Of a stretch of 64,000 nucleotides of DNA, positions 18,186 through 27,760 are shown in pieces. Position numbers and translations under genes: made by a program. Numbering within the stretch: position 1 is the stretch's first letter; each line of letters begins with the position of its first letter. Below the pieces are notes generated by a model. The model was given only the letters and a program-made list of their open reading frames with translations. It was not told the DNA's origin and made no database searches. The DNA lies in IMG/VR virus record IMGVR_UViG_3300024308_000018, positions 62,001 to 126,000 of that record, one strand, 5' to 3'.

Positions 18186-19070
18186 ATGTTTGAACCAAGC
18201 CGTCGCATTCTGCACGTAGTCGTAAACCCCTCGTCTCAAGACCCCAACGGGCCGGAACTGCGCCGCGTTATTGACGCCCTGCAACGCCGTATCGAGAACG
18301 ACGGCGGTTGCGGCATTCACCAGCCAGTCGAGCTGATCTCCACCGACACGCAATTCGACTGGGATACAGACATCCACAACGTTGTCGTGTTCGACCACGA
18401 TGGCGTTACCCCAGTCGGTGCCGCGCAAGCTGCTCCCGTCGAGTACATGGTGACTGACGCTGATGGTGAATACGTCTCCAAGTTCTTCACCCTGCTGCAC
18501 ACTCTGTACGTGTTGCCTGAGTGCCGCCGCCAAGGCATTGGCCGTATGCTGATGAACGCGCTTACTGCATGCACGGAAGGTTCAAGCCACATGGAGATCG
18601 ACGTTGCACCCAACAACGTGGTCGCCCGCAACTTCTACGCCAGTATCGGCTTCCGCGCCGAGAGCCTGAAGATGACGCGCACAGCGAACAGCGTAGTGCC
18701 TGCGGATTCCAGCGAACTCGACGCCGAGTGCGAAGATATTGCGCCGCCCGTGTTCACTTTCGGTACGCCGACTGACGCCGAGCTGATCGCCATGCACGCC
18801 GCACACCTGCGAGAAGTGCCGCACTCCGTAATCGAGATCATCCGTCCCGATCACGCCAAGGGCTACACCTCATTCTGCGCCCGTGTCGATGGCGAGCTGG
18901 CCGCCGTGATCCAGACCATTGCCACTGCGGGCCATGAGCGCGAGTTGCGCCGCATCTACGCGCTGCCCGAGTACCGCAAGTTGGGCATTGAGTCCAAGCT
19001 GTGCAGCTTCTTCAACGTGTCGCCGACGCTGCTGGCCCTGTCCATGCTGTGTCCGGAACTGCCTGCATGA
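18186..19070 (+). CDS. GNAT acetyltransferase (tandem GNAT domains)
   Basis: LYVLPECRRQGIGRMLM...NVVARNFYASIGF; second domain IYALPEYRKLGIESKL. Confidence 0.8.
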   Translation: MFEPSRRILHVVVNPSSQDPNGPELRRVIDALQRRIENDGGCGIHQPVELISTDTQFDWDTDIHNVVVFDHDGVTPVGAAQAAPVEYMVTDADGEYVSKFFTLLHTLYVLPECRRQGIGRMLMNALTACTEGSSHMEIDVAPNNVVARNFYASIGFRAESLKMTRTANSVVPADSSELDAECEDIAPPVFTFGTPTDAELIAMHAAHLREVPHSVIEIIRPDHAKGYTSFCARVDGELAAVIQTIATAGHERELRRIYALPEYRKLGIESKLCSFFNVSPTLLALSMLCPELPA

Positions 19071-20104
19071 TTCCAATCCGGAATCTAACCGGAGGACAGA
19101 TACATGAGCTGATGGATACGCTGCTGTATGCGGCGTTGAAACCGGTGATCGAGCACACCGACCTCTTCAATCCTCAGCTCGCTTACATTCTGTCCATGCT
19201 CGTCAGTAACAAGAAGCGTCGTCCCTGCACGATGGATACTGATGCCGCAACGTACACTTTGATTTGTGCGTTGCATGCCCCGCGCCATGAAAAGCTACAG
19301 TACATCAAGAAGCTCGGGCTGGAACGCCAATTCATCTACATGTTCCTGCGCAAGTTTCTTCAGACGTACCACAAGCCTTTCATGACCCACTACATCAACA
19401 TGTTGAATTCGCATGATGATAAGGCATCGTTCGCAATGCACCGCCGCAAGGTAGACGTGCTGTGTTCGAGCAGCGGGGCCCAACGACGGGTCGATCTCTA
19501 CAACACACTGATCCGTGTTGAGCGTTCGCTTCCCGAATTCACCAAGGTGTTCGACACGGTGGTGAACAACTTCAACAGCCTGTGTGAGCGCCAAGCTGCT
19601 GACCACGTGCAACGTTATCCGGCACACCAATACGATCAGCGCGACGTCGCGCAAGATCTGAAGCGTGCGGTGATCATCGGCATGAACAAGTACGACAGCT
19701 CGCGGGGCGCACAGACAAGCTACATCAAGTGGTGGTTGTATAACGCATTGACTTGCGGATCCAACGGCCACGAATACGGCTTGGCGTATACCCTGCCACA
19801 ATCGCAGAAGAAGCGCATCGCTACAGGTAACAACCAAGGCGTCAGCAACTTCAGCGTCAGTCTCGATCAGACTGCAAGTAATGACGATGACGAAGAGGGT
19901 AGTTCACTGCATCAACGGTTCGGTGGCGAGAGCCAAGACCTTGAGCAGGAGATCAACCTGACGCGTCAAGTGCGCCGCATGACGGAAGTCGCGAAGGCAA
20001 TGGATCCCTATGGCCTAGCGCGCTTGACCCTCGATATGGAAGAGGTGTTTAGCTCCGAAGAGATCGCACAAATGCGGGCGCACATGGCCCGCCAGAATCT
20101 GTAA
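19067..20104 (+). CDS. sigma70-family RNA polymerase sigma factor-like protein
   Basis: Region-2-like DVAQD...IGMNKYDSSRG...TSYIKWWLYNAL and region-3-like FSVSLDQ...DDEEGSSL; region 4 appears truncated. Confidence 0.7.
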   Translation: MIPIRNLTGGQIHELMDTLLYAALKPVIEHTDLFNPQLAYILSMLVSNKKRRPCTMDTDAATYTLICALHAPRHEKLQYIKKLGLERQFIYMFLRKFLQTYHKPFMTHYINMLNSHDDKASFAMHRRKVDVLCSSSGAQRRVDLYNTLIRVERSLPEFTKVFDTVVNNFNSLCERQAADHVQRYPAHQYDQRDVAQDLKRAVIIGMNKYDSSRGAQTSYIKWWLYNALTCGSNGHEYGLAYTLPQSQKKRIATGNNQGVSNFSVSLDQTASNDDDEEGSSLHQRFGGESQDLEQEINLTRQVRRMTEVAKAMDPYGLARLTLDMEEVFSSEEIAQMRAHMARQNL

Positions 20105-20136
20105 ACGAATACCGTACCCATTCAGGAGTGAAATCA

Positions 20137-21396
20137 ATGCGTGGTTTTGACCAAGTACCAGACGCCAACGGCAATGACAGCGCCAAGCTGGAAGAGCTGT
20201 TCCAACTGTTCGAGCCGAAGTCGGCCCAGAAATCCTACGTCGCGCTGCGCTTCATGCCGTACAGCATGCTGCCCGTTCGCCGCCACTGGATCCAGATCAA
20301 GACAGCGAAGGGCAAGCGTACCGCGATCCCCAAGATGTGCGTCGCGTTCGATCCTGACAACCCCGACAAGCCGCTGAAAGGCCGTCACTGCCCGTACTGC
20401 GAACTGGATCATGGCCCCGAAGACAAGGGCTTCCCGGCGCGCAAAGAAGAGTACATGCTGGCAAACGTGCTGGTGCGTGACCTGCAAGAAACGATCCGCG
20501 TTGGCAAGATGACCAACGAAGAGCGCGAGACCGGACACAAGGACATCAGCTCCAAGTCAGGTACTCCGATTCAGGTGTTCCGCATGCCGATGGGCGTTGC
20601 ACGTCGCATCAAAGAAATGGCTGAGATGAACGACAACAAAGCGGTGACCGACAAGAAAGCGGGCATCGACGTTCTGATCAAGTTCAATCCGAAAGCGGCC
20701 GCCGCCGAGATGTATAAACTCGAACGCGGCGAGCGCACTCCGATCACCAAAAAAGAGATGGAATATCTCTACTGGAATCTCGACGACGCCGACGAGATCT
20801 ACGACCTGATGGGTCGCCTTGATCCCAAGCGTGCTCTGGAAGAGTTCAAGAAGATGGACATTCAGGGCATCGAGCGCGACGAAGAAGAAGACGAGGAAGA
20901 AGACGACGACGGCTTCAGCGCACGCGGCAAGAACAAAGGCAAGAAGGGTGGCAAGTCCAAGGCCCGCAGCTTCGACGATGACGAAGACGAGGATGAAGAC
21001 GAAGAAGAAGACGAGCCGCGTGGCAAGTCCAAGTCGAAATCCAAGTCCAAGAAGTCCCGCTTCGATGACGACGAAGATGAAGAGGACGAAGATGACGAGG
21101 AAGAGGAAGACGAGGACGACGAGCCGCGTGGCAAGTCCAAATCCAAGTCCAAGTCCAAAGCGAAACCCAAGTCCAAGAAATCCCGCTTCGATGATGACGA
21201 AGACGAAGAAGACGAGGAAGACGAAGAGGACGAGGACGATGAACCTCGCCGTTCGTCCAAGGTGAAGCCCAAGGCTAAACCCAAGTCCAAGAAATCCCGT
21301 TTCGACGACGAAGACGAAGACGAGGATGAAGAAGACGAGGAAGAGGAAGAACCGCGTCGTCCGGCCAAAAAGAAAAAGCCTGTTAAGCGTCGTTAA
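20137..21396 (+). CDS. gp32-like single-stranded DNA-binding protein with long charge-block tail
   Basis: ALRFMP, H..., CPYCE, YMLANVLVRD, GIDVLIK; ~170-aa D/E and K/S repeat tail; located just before recA. Confidence 0.65.
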   Translation: MRGFDQVPDANGNDSAKLEELFQLFEPKSAQKSYVALRFMPYSMLPVRRHWIQIKTAKGKRTAIPKMCVAFDPDNPDKPLKGRHCPYCELDHGPEDKGFPARKEEYMLANVLVRDLQETIRVGKMTNEERETGHKDISSKSGTPIQVFRMPMGVARRIKEMAEMNDNKAVTDKKAGIDVLIKFNPKAAAAEMYKLERGERTPITKKEMEYLYWNLDDADEIYDLMGRLDPKRALEEFKKMDIQGIERDEEEDEEEDDDGFSARGKNKGKKGGKSKARSFDDDEDEDEDEEEDEPRGKSKSKSKSKKSRFDDDEDEEDEDDEEEEDEDDEPRGKSKSKSKSKAKPKSKKSRFDDDEDEEDEEDEEDEDDEPRRSSKVKPKAKPKSKKSRFDDEDEDEDEEDEEEEEPRRPAKKKKPVKRR

Positions 21397-21481
21397 TAGG
21401 TAACCAAAGTGGGGCCATTGTGCCCCACTTTCAGCAATGGATCCTCTGGACAAAACAATGGCTGAGATAGAGGTTAGTACG

Positions 21482-23839
21482 ATGGCTGAATCCAAGAAAG
21501 CAGCGGCTAAGAAAGGCAAAGCCGCTGCTCCGAAAAAGAGCAAGGCTGCTGAAGGCGTTGAGCAGGAGGTTGGTGGCAAAGTAGGCCGCTTTGATCTCAA
21601 CGCTGTAATGGCTGACTCGCTGCAAGAGATCGAGAAGAAGACTGGCCTGAGCAGCAACGGTTTTGGCCGTCACTGTCAGCGCTTGTCTACTGGACTTGTA
21701 GCGCTCGACATGTATCTCGACGGTGGCCTGATACCGGGCGGCTGGTACACCACGGCGGGCCCCGAGCAATCTGCGAAATCAACGTTGACCATGACGCTGG
21801 TTGCCGCGTGCATCAAGCAGAAATTCAACGGCGTGGGCGCACTGTTCGACTACGAAGGTTCGAGCGACGAAGACTACATCGTCAACATGATGAAGAACTT
21901 CGGCATCACCAACGCTGACCGCTCCAAGATCTTCGGCGTGCAGGATCCGGAGACGGGCAAGTACATCGTCAATGGCGTGTTCCGTTACTACGACCCGACC
22001 AACGGCGAGGCATTCTTCCAGTACATGCAAATGCTGCGTCGCCGACTGCCGGACAAAACGGTAACGGAGAAGGGTGAAGCGTACTACGTGTTCGAACACA
22101 CGGTGAAGAACAAGAAGATGCTCGCGGGCCAGTACGACATGGATTTCCTGCGCGTGCAAAACCTGCTGCGTGTTCCCGCTGCCGATACCAGTATGCAGTC
22201 ATTGACCGTAGTCGACTCGTATCCGGCAATGCTCCCCGACCAGCAGGACGACGATGATCCGAGCGGCGCAATGGCGTTGCAGGCGCGGATGTTCTCTGAC
22301 GGCATCAAGCGCTTCCGTGGTGGCATGCGTCGTAAGATGATGACCATCTTGGGCGTTAACCAACTGCGTGAGCGTCCGGCCCAGCAACATGGCGACCCCA
22401 ACTACGAGCCTTGCGGTAACGCGTTGAAGTTCTACTGCGTTCACCCCAATACCATCGTTGACTACCTCGACGAAGACGGCAACCCGGCCAAGTGCACTGC
22501 GCACGAATACCTCGAACGTTACGGCAACGAAGAAGCTGACATGCGCCCGCCGATCCGTGTACCGAGCGAGCAAGGTTGGGCGGTGCCGACCGAAGTGTTC
22601 GAGACCGATGGCGGCAAGTACGCGGATCGCGAAACCTTCATTGTCCGCACTCCGCGCAAAGTTCTGCGTGGCTCTGCGGGCCACAGCATTCTGACCGCTA
22701 CCAAGGTCAAGGTGCCGCACCCGTACAGCGACAACATGAACGGCTGGTCGGAAGACCTAGTTCTGCCGTCCGGTATTCCGGCGTTCAACGCTGCGGATGA
22801 CGAAGAAGACGAAGACGGTTTGTTCGGTGACTGGAACGAAATCAGTGCGCCGCGTGTTGGGTGGAGTCGACTGCAAAACATTCGCTATCGCGACAACGAC
22901 GTGTGGGCGTTCACCGATACCGAAGGGCTCGACACGTTCCACATCAACAGCATGTGGAGCAAGTTCATCAAGGAAGTCACGCCTGAGTTCCACAAGCTGT
23001 TTGCGCGCTGGACTGAGCACGAAGATTCGATCACCGAGCGCCTTGCGGCATTCAACGGTCTGGACTCGCAGTGGCTCATGCAGAATGCTGGCATTACAGC
23101 AGCAGCCTACGACGTTGCGTTCCAGCAATTCGCGTACATCGAAGAGCTGGTCAACGTGTACCTCAACTTCAGCGACGACAACCAGTGCGTGCCGGAACGC
23201 ATCACTGAGATTGCGCCTGCTGAGACCGAGATGCAGACCAAGCGCTACATCGACTTCAGCGTTGGCGGCAGCTGGTACAGCTCCGGCATCATCAGCCACA
23301 ACAGTGACGTGCGGATCCGGGTCATGCCGCGTGCCGTTCCCGACGCGTTCAAGAACTGCAACCCGCAACGTGGCGTGATCGAAGAGCCTAGCGTCGAGTT
23401 CGGTGGCAAGCGCGTCGACCGTTACAAGTTCATCAGCGGTCGCACCATCAAGAACAAACTTGGTGGCATCCCGAACCAAGAGTTCTGGGCGCGCATCTGG
23501 GAAGCGGACGGCAAGGGTAACGCGCGTGGTTTCGACCCCGTGTATGACTCTTATTTCTACTTGAAGCAGATCGGCCTGCTGGTTGGTCAGCGCAACAAGA
23601 TGAAGTTCCTTGATCCGGTTCCGTTGTCTGGTGCACGTCGCGCTATCACGTGGCAGGAACTGAAGGTGCTGATCGTAGGCAAGACCGAAGACCTGAAAGA
23701 GCTGTGCGCGGATCTCGGCATCAAGCCGTTCAACCTCCGCACGTGGTGCTTCAAGTATTGCAAGTCTGTCGAAGGCCGTCAGCGTTGCCGTGACTCCATC
23801 GTGGAGAAACAGCAAGCCGCTGCCACTGACGACGAGTAA
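21482..23839 (+). CDS. recA: RecA/UvsX-like recombinase containing an intein
   Basis: LSTGLVALD, Walker A GPEQSAKST, VVDS, NQLR, GNALKFY|intein|SDVRIR, KNK. An alternative start exists at 21437. Confidence 0.9.
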   Translation: MAESKKAAAKKGKAAAPKKSKAAEGVEQEVGGKVGRFDLNAVMADSLQEIEKKTGLSSNGFGRHCQRLSTGLVALDMYLDGGLIPGGWYTTAGPEQSAKSTLTMTLVAACIKQKFNGVGALFDYEGSSDEDYIVNMMKNFGITNADRSKIFGVQDPETGKYIVNGVFRYYDPTNGEAFFQYMQMLRRRLPDKTVTEKGEAYYVFEHTVKNKKMLAGQYDMDFLRVQNLLRVPAADTSMQSLTVVDSYPAMLPDQQDDDDPSGAMALQARMFSDGIKRFRGGMRRKMMTILGVNQLRERPAQQHGDPNYEPCGNALKFYCVHPNTIVDYLDEDGNPAKCTAHEYLERYGNEEADMRPPIRVPSEQGWAVPTEVFETDGGKYADRETFIVRTPRKVLRGSAGHSILTATKVKVPHPYSDNMNGWSEDLVLPSGIPAFNAADDEEDEDGLFGDWNEISAPRVGWSRLQNIRYRDNDVWAFTDTEGLDTFHINSMWSKFIKEVTPEFHKLFARWTEHEDSITERLAAFNGLDSQWLMQNAGITAAAYDVAFQQFAYIEELVNVYLNFSDDNQCVPERITEIAPAETEMQTKRYIDFSVGGSWYSSGIISHNSDVRIRVMPRAVPDAFKNCNPQRGVIEEPSVEFGGKRVDRYKFISGRTIKNKLGGIPNQEFWARIWEADGKGNARGFDPVYDSYFYLKQIGLLVGQRNKMKFLDPVPLSGARRAITWQELKVLIVGKTEDLKELCADLGIKPFNLRTWCFKYCKSVEGRQRCRDSIVEKQQAAATDDE
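22436..23302 (+). mobile_element. intein (289 aa) in RecA
   Basis: Begins CVHPNT, block B GHSIL, ends IISHN followed by Ser; no LAGLIDADG motif seen. Confidence 0.85.
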
Positions 23840-23901
23840 AGCTGTAAACAAAAGGGTAGGCTACGGCTTACCCTTTTTCAATTCTGTGCAAGGTACGCAC
23901 T

Positions 23902-24399
23902 ATGAAGAAAATCCGCTACATTGAAATCCCGCACCACGACAAAGGTAACGGTCTGCGGTACGGCAAGACAGCTCTCGAAATGATCAACGCTGTACGAACA
24001 GAGCTTCACGCGCTCGACGTTGATTTGTGGAAGCAGTACGGCCACGATGTTGAGGGCATAGGCCCCTCGTTGTACGCGTCGTTGGCTGACGTGTGGAATC
24101 CGCCGCGTTGTCGCGCGACCTTGATGTTGGTGGACGGTGAGCCAGCAGCGTTCGTAATGAACCAGCGGCCGACGCCGACTTTCGTGTCGTTCTGGCATTT
24201 CATTGTAGCGCAACCGTTCCGACGTAACGGGTACGGCAAGCTGCTGATGCAGCACAGTATTGAAATGCACCGCAAACTTGGCTTCACCGAGATGTCCCTC
24301 AACGTGCACGCCAACAACCCTCACGCGTTTGCCATGTATCACGCTGCTGGATTTGAGCCGAAGATGGTAACGATGTCACTCAAACTGCAAGGAACTTGA
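23902..24399 (+). CDS. GNAT acetyltransferase
   Basis: FIVAQPFRRNGYGKLLM...NPHAFAMYHAAGF. Confidence 0.85.
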   Translation: MKKIRYIEIPHHDKGNGLRYGKTALEMINAVRTELHALDVDLWKQYGHDVEGIGPSLYASLADVWNPPRCRATLMLVDGEPAAFVMNQRPTPTFVSFWHFIVAQPFRRNGYGKLLMQHSIEMHRKLGFTEMSLNVHANNPHAFAMYHAAGFEPKMVTMSLKLQGT

Positions 24400-24401
24400 A
24401 T

Positions 24402-24983
24402 ATGACTGAAGAGAACAAAGTAACTGAGAACGAAGAGCTGCCCGAAGTTCACGAAGGTGGTGAGGCCATTGATCTGTGGCGCGTTCCTAAGTCCCCCGAA
24501 GCACGCAGCGAGGTTGAGGTAGAGCTGCCGTTTATTGCGCCGCGCGTTGAAGATGGTTACCCGGTCAATGCGGGCGGTGCCAGCGTCAGTCACTTCAAGA
24601 TCCGGCTGATGGCGATGCAGCATTACGTGCGCTGCTGCGCTGAGCGGCTGGGTGACTCCAGCCCCGTCAAGTTGTTCAAGGACGTACCGGACAACAATCA
24701 CGGATTCGGTAGCTTCATCGTTGCGCACCTCGACGATAGCCAGTGCGTCTACAGCGTGGAGTACGTAAGCTGCGACGCAATCAACGGCATGCAGACTCGC
24801 GTGATCGTCCCGAGCCGTTCGCCGCTTGCTGTTAGCGCGGAGTGGGGCGACGTCGCCCTCAAGTACGAAGACCTTAGCCAACTGCAACGTTGGGGACAAA
24901 CGATCCTCGATCATCGTTGGATGCGTCACTACAAAAACACTGAGCTGTTCGACCTGCTGGCTAATGTGCCGCCGCAACGTTGA
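24402..24983 (+). CDS. hypothetical protein
   Basis: AAGGA RBS; terminator hairpin follows. Confidence 0.65.
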   Translation: MTEENKVTENEELPEVHEGGEAIDLWRVPKSPEARSEVEVELPFIAPRVEDGYPVNAGGASVSHFKIRLMAMQHYVRCCAERLGDSSPVKLFKDVPDNNHGFGSFIVAHLDDSQCVYSVEYVSCDAINGMQTRVIVPSRSPLAVSAEWGDVALKYEDLSQLQRWGQTILDHRWMRHYKNTELFDLLANVPPQR

Positions 24984-25023
24984 TCTCTGGGGCTGCCGCA
25001 TGGCAGCCCTTTTTCGTCTCCGT

Positions 25024-25118
25024 GACGAAAACCGGACTAGCCTCTGGGAGGCCCATTTGATACACTGTTTGCACGGTGAGGGAATGGCCCGCACCACATC
25101 CCAAAGAGGAATCAAACA
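25024..25118 (+). promoter_or_regulatory. conserved promoter plus leader element, copy 1
   Basis: GACGAAAACCGGACTAG-N~16-TTTGATACACT, then GGTGAGGG..CCC.CACC hairpin and CCCAAAGAGGA RBS. Confidence 0.8.
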
Positions 25119-25424
25119 ATGTTCGCACTCACTGAAAGCCAGATCGACTCCCTGCAATCTTTCGCTGCTGGCCTGCTCTCTGTTACCGACATCGCGCTGC
25201 GCCTGAAAGCCGACGACATCCACATTGTTGCGCTGACCGACAACCTCGATGCCGACATGCTGTACCTTCTGCAATCCGGTGAGAAGGAAGCCGTGCACGT
25301 TCCTTGCGTCGGCAAGGGCAGCGGGCAGTACGTGATGCAACTCAACCGCAGCACGCCAGCAGGTGACGACTTCGAAGCGCTTGTCGTGACCGTCAGCTAC
25401 TTACCCTCCACGATCCGCGCGTAA
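25119..25424 (+). CDS. hypothetical protein
   Basis: First gene after the conserved leader. Confidence 0.7.
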   Translation: MFALTESQIDSLQSFAAGLLSVTDIALRLKADDIHIVALTDNLDADMLYLLQSGEKEAVHVPCVGKGSGQYVMQLNRSTPAGDDFEALVVTVSYLPSTIRA

Positions 25425-25469
25425 CAAATGAGGGGCTGGGAAACTGGCCCCTATATAAGGAAGCGAACC

Positions 25470-25781
25470 ATGCAACGCCTTACCGAAAAACAGAAGAACG
25501 TGATCCAGTTGTTCAACGCCAGCGAGATAAGCGTAACGGAATTCGTGCAACGTCTGGCCGAGGACGGCATCGTTGTGGAAGAGCTGTGCCCCACACCCAC
25601 CGACGCGCAAGATGCAATGATCGCGTATGGGGTCAAAGAGTGCATTCGTCTCCCTAGAATTCGCGGCGCTGATTACGGGTCGCATGCCGCGCTGCAAGTT
25701 ATCGTGCTCAAGCACGTAGTGAAGACGCCGCGCAAAACAGTCAACCAGACCTACGTCGTGGAAATCAAAGGAGGCCAATGA
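25470..25781 (+). CDS. hypothetical protein (paralog of 27761-28036)
   Basis: ISVTEFVQRLAEDGIVVEEL vs IVTATEFIQRMYEHNIVVQSI. Confidence 0.6.
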   Translation: MQRLTEKQKNVIQLFNASEISVTEFVQRLAEDGIVVEELCPTPTDAQDAMIAYGVKECIRLPRIRGADYGSHAALQVIVLKHVVKTPRKTVNQTYVVEIKGGQ

Positions 25782-25987
25782 TGCGCACCACGTTATCTAA
25801 AGAGCGCCAAGCAATGTTGCTTACTCTTCTCAGCAAGATGTCGCCGGAAGATCAGCTGTTCGTGCACGACAAACTGCACAGCAAGATCGATACCGTCAGG
25901 GAGCAGGCCGCTATCCGCGCTCGCAAACATGGCGCACAGCGTCGCCGGGTGATGTCACGCATCCCTACCGATCCTGTGCAGTCATGA
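25778..25987 (+). CDS. hypothetical protein
   Basis: ATGA-coupled, GGAGG RBS. Confidence 0.55.
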   Translation: MMRTTLSKERQAMLLTLLSKMSPEDQLFVHDKLHSKIDTVREQAAIRARKHGAQRRRVMSRIPTDPVQS

Positions 25988-26298
25988 GCTGCGACCACAT
26001 CGTCGGCAGCGTTGGGGCCACATACTGCACGGCGGAAATGTGGCCCCGCTACGTCAGCGAGTTCGAAGCCGCCGTCGAGTTCTTCAACACAACGCGACTC
26101 GCTGTTCCACATCCGGGCTTCTGTGAACGTCACGCATTCTGTTTCAAGTGCGGCGAGCGCATTGACCCCAAAGTGTTCAATCAACCGATTCCAAAATTCC
26201 AAGGCGTGCCGCAAATCTACGCGCGGTTCGCAAAGTTCAATGAGAGGGTGAAGAATGTCAAACTGGAAAGTAAGCGAAAAAGGCGAGCCGTCCGATAA
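25984..26298 (+). CDS. Zn-finger-like hypothetical protein
   Basis: CDH...FCFKCGERI pattern. Confidence 0.55.
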   Translation: MSCDHIVGSVGATYCTAEMWPRYVSEFEAAVEFFNTTRLAVPHPGFCERHAFCFKCGERIDPKVFNQPIPKFQGVPQIYARFAKFNERVKNVKLESKRKRRAVR

Positions 26299-26821
26299 GT
26301 GGGAACTGTCCGTCATTGATATGGATGCGGAGGACGCCGCGCAGCTGGCACGCAGCTACGCATGGCAAGGCCCGCACAAGATCATCGTGTGGTCGAGTGC
26401 AGGATCCGCAGACTACAAAGCGCTGCCCGCACTTGCGCTGTTGTTGCGTCAATCTGCGCACGACTACGCAACGGAATTGAACACGGCGGCGCAACGTACT
26501 GGTCAGACTGACGGCGCAGCGCTCGACATGTACTCACTGCGCATTAAGTTGAATCGTGTGCTGGCCGAAGGGGTTTACTTCAAGGGCGAAGTGATACCCG
26601 CAGACCTTCCTGTGAATTCTGACACACTGCAAGAGTTCTGGGACAGTGTGCGGGGAGTAGGTAACTCGGTGCTCGACTCGCTAGATGTGGTTGACCTGAT
26701 GCTGGCAATAGAGGAAGAGTTCAACGTACCGATCCGCGAGAAGGAGATCGCGGCAGTAATTCAGGATCCGAAGTACGCTGACGTGGAAGATGTTCTGCGC
26801 TGGCTTGCAACCAAACCCTAA
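26255..26821 (+). CDS. protein with C-terminal acyl carrier protein-like domain
   Basis: LDSLDVVDLMLAIEEEFNVPI phosphopantetheine-site motif. Confidence 0.75.
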   Translation: MSNWKVSEKGEPSDKWELSVIDMDAEDAAQLARSYAWQGPHKIIVWSSAGSADYKALPALALLLRQSAHDYATELNTAAQRTGQTDGAALDMYSLRIKLNRVLAEGVYFKGEVIPADLPVNSDTLQEFWDSVRGVGNSVLDSLDVVDLMLAIEEEFNVPIREKEIAAVIQDPKYADVEDVLRWLATKP

Positions 26822-27168
26822 TGATGGAGAGCATGACAATGGGCAAACCTACTGCACGTGAAATCAGTGAACTGCGCAGCAAGATGATCAACGCTGCCAA
26901 TGACGGCTTCTTTCAATTCTGCGCCGAAGAGCTGGGCGGCAGCGAGAAGATTACGGAAGCGAATCTGCAAGCTGCATGGGACATCGTTCGCGATGAAGAT
27001 AACTCGAACTTTGACTCGCTGGATCGCATCGAGTTCTTGATGGCGGTCGAAGACGAGTTCAACTGTGACATCGACGAGCAAAGCCTGCTCGACGCAATGC
27101 GCAGTGACGAGTACAAAGACGTCAACGCCATTCTGGTGTGGATCGATAGTCGCACCAACAGCTGGTAA
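26821..27168 (+). CDS. acyl carrier protein-like
   Basis: FDSLDRIEFLMAVEDEFNCDI. Confidence 0.75.
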   Translation: MMESMTMGKPTAREISELRSKMINAANDGFFQFCAEELGGSEKITEANLQAAWDIVRDEDNSNFDSLDRIEFLMAVEDEFNCDIDEQSLLDAMRSDEYKDVNAILVWIDSRTNSW

Positions 27169-27179
27169 GAGGTAGTGCC

Positions 27180-27497
27180 ATGAACGCACAAGAGATCCGA
27201 AGTGCTTTGTTTGCAGAGTTCAACAACTACGGCGACATGCTGAAACGTCTCGGTCTCTCGCCTCCTATTTACGCGCCACAAGATTTAGCCGTCGCGTGGC
27301 GTGCCCTTATAGAAGGCAACGAGTTTGACGAGATGGACTTCGACCGGATCATGATGCACGTGCAGGAAGCAAACGCATGGCACATACCGACCAAAGTTAT
27401 CAGCGCGTTGTCTGGCGGCGGCCCCTTCATTGACGTAGAGGCGGCCATCCACCAGATTGAAATCCACATCATTTCAACCGGACTATCAGAGGACTGA
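27180..27497 (+). CDS. hypothetical protein, possibly degenerate ACP-like
   Basis: FDEMDFDRIMMHVQE sits at the equivalent position but lacks the Ser. Confidence 0.45.
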   Translation: MNAQEIRSALFAEFNNYGDMLKRLGLSPPIYAPQDLAVAWRALIEGNEFDEMDFDRIMMHVQEANAWHIPTKVISALSGGGPFIDVEAAIHQIEIHIISTGLSED

Positions 27498-27498
27498 C

Positions 27499-27750
27499 AT
27501 GGTAAGCAAAGAGCGTGCACGTAGCGCCATCTATAAAGCGCTGAGAGAAGAGTTCAACCTGACAGTCACTTGCGACGCTGACGCGTGGCGTGCTGTCCGC
27601 GATATTGACTCACGCGATCTCATGGATCTGGTGATGGAGATTGAATACGATCTCGACGCCAGCATTGACACCGACCAACTTGGGGCCGACTTCCTCGACG
27701 GGGAAGATACTGAAGTGGCTCTCGACCTGCTGGTCAAATCACTCTACTGA
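27499..27750 (+). CDS. acyl carrier protein-like
   Basis: IDSRDLMDLVMEIEYDLDASI; 83 aa, acidic. Confidence 0.7.
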   Translation: MVSKERARSAIYKALREEFNLTVTCDADAWRAVRDIDSRDLMDLVMEIEYDLDASIDTDQLGADFLDGEDTEVALDLLVKSLY

Positions 27751-27760
27751 AGAGGTTTGT

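Noticed and set aside
25021-25045. GACGAAA in the repeated leader as part of a hammerhead ribozyme
   Set aside because: No CUGAUGA core or three-stem arrangement; the fixed spacing to a -10-like hexamer fits a promoter.
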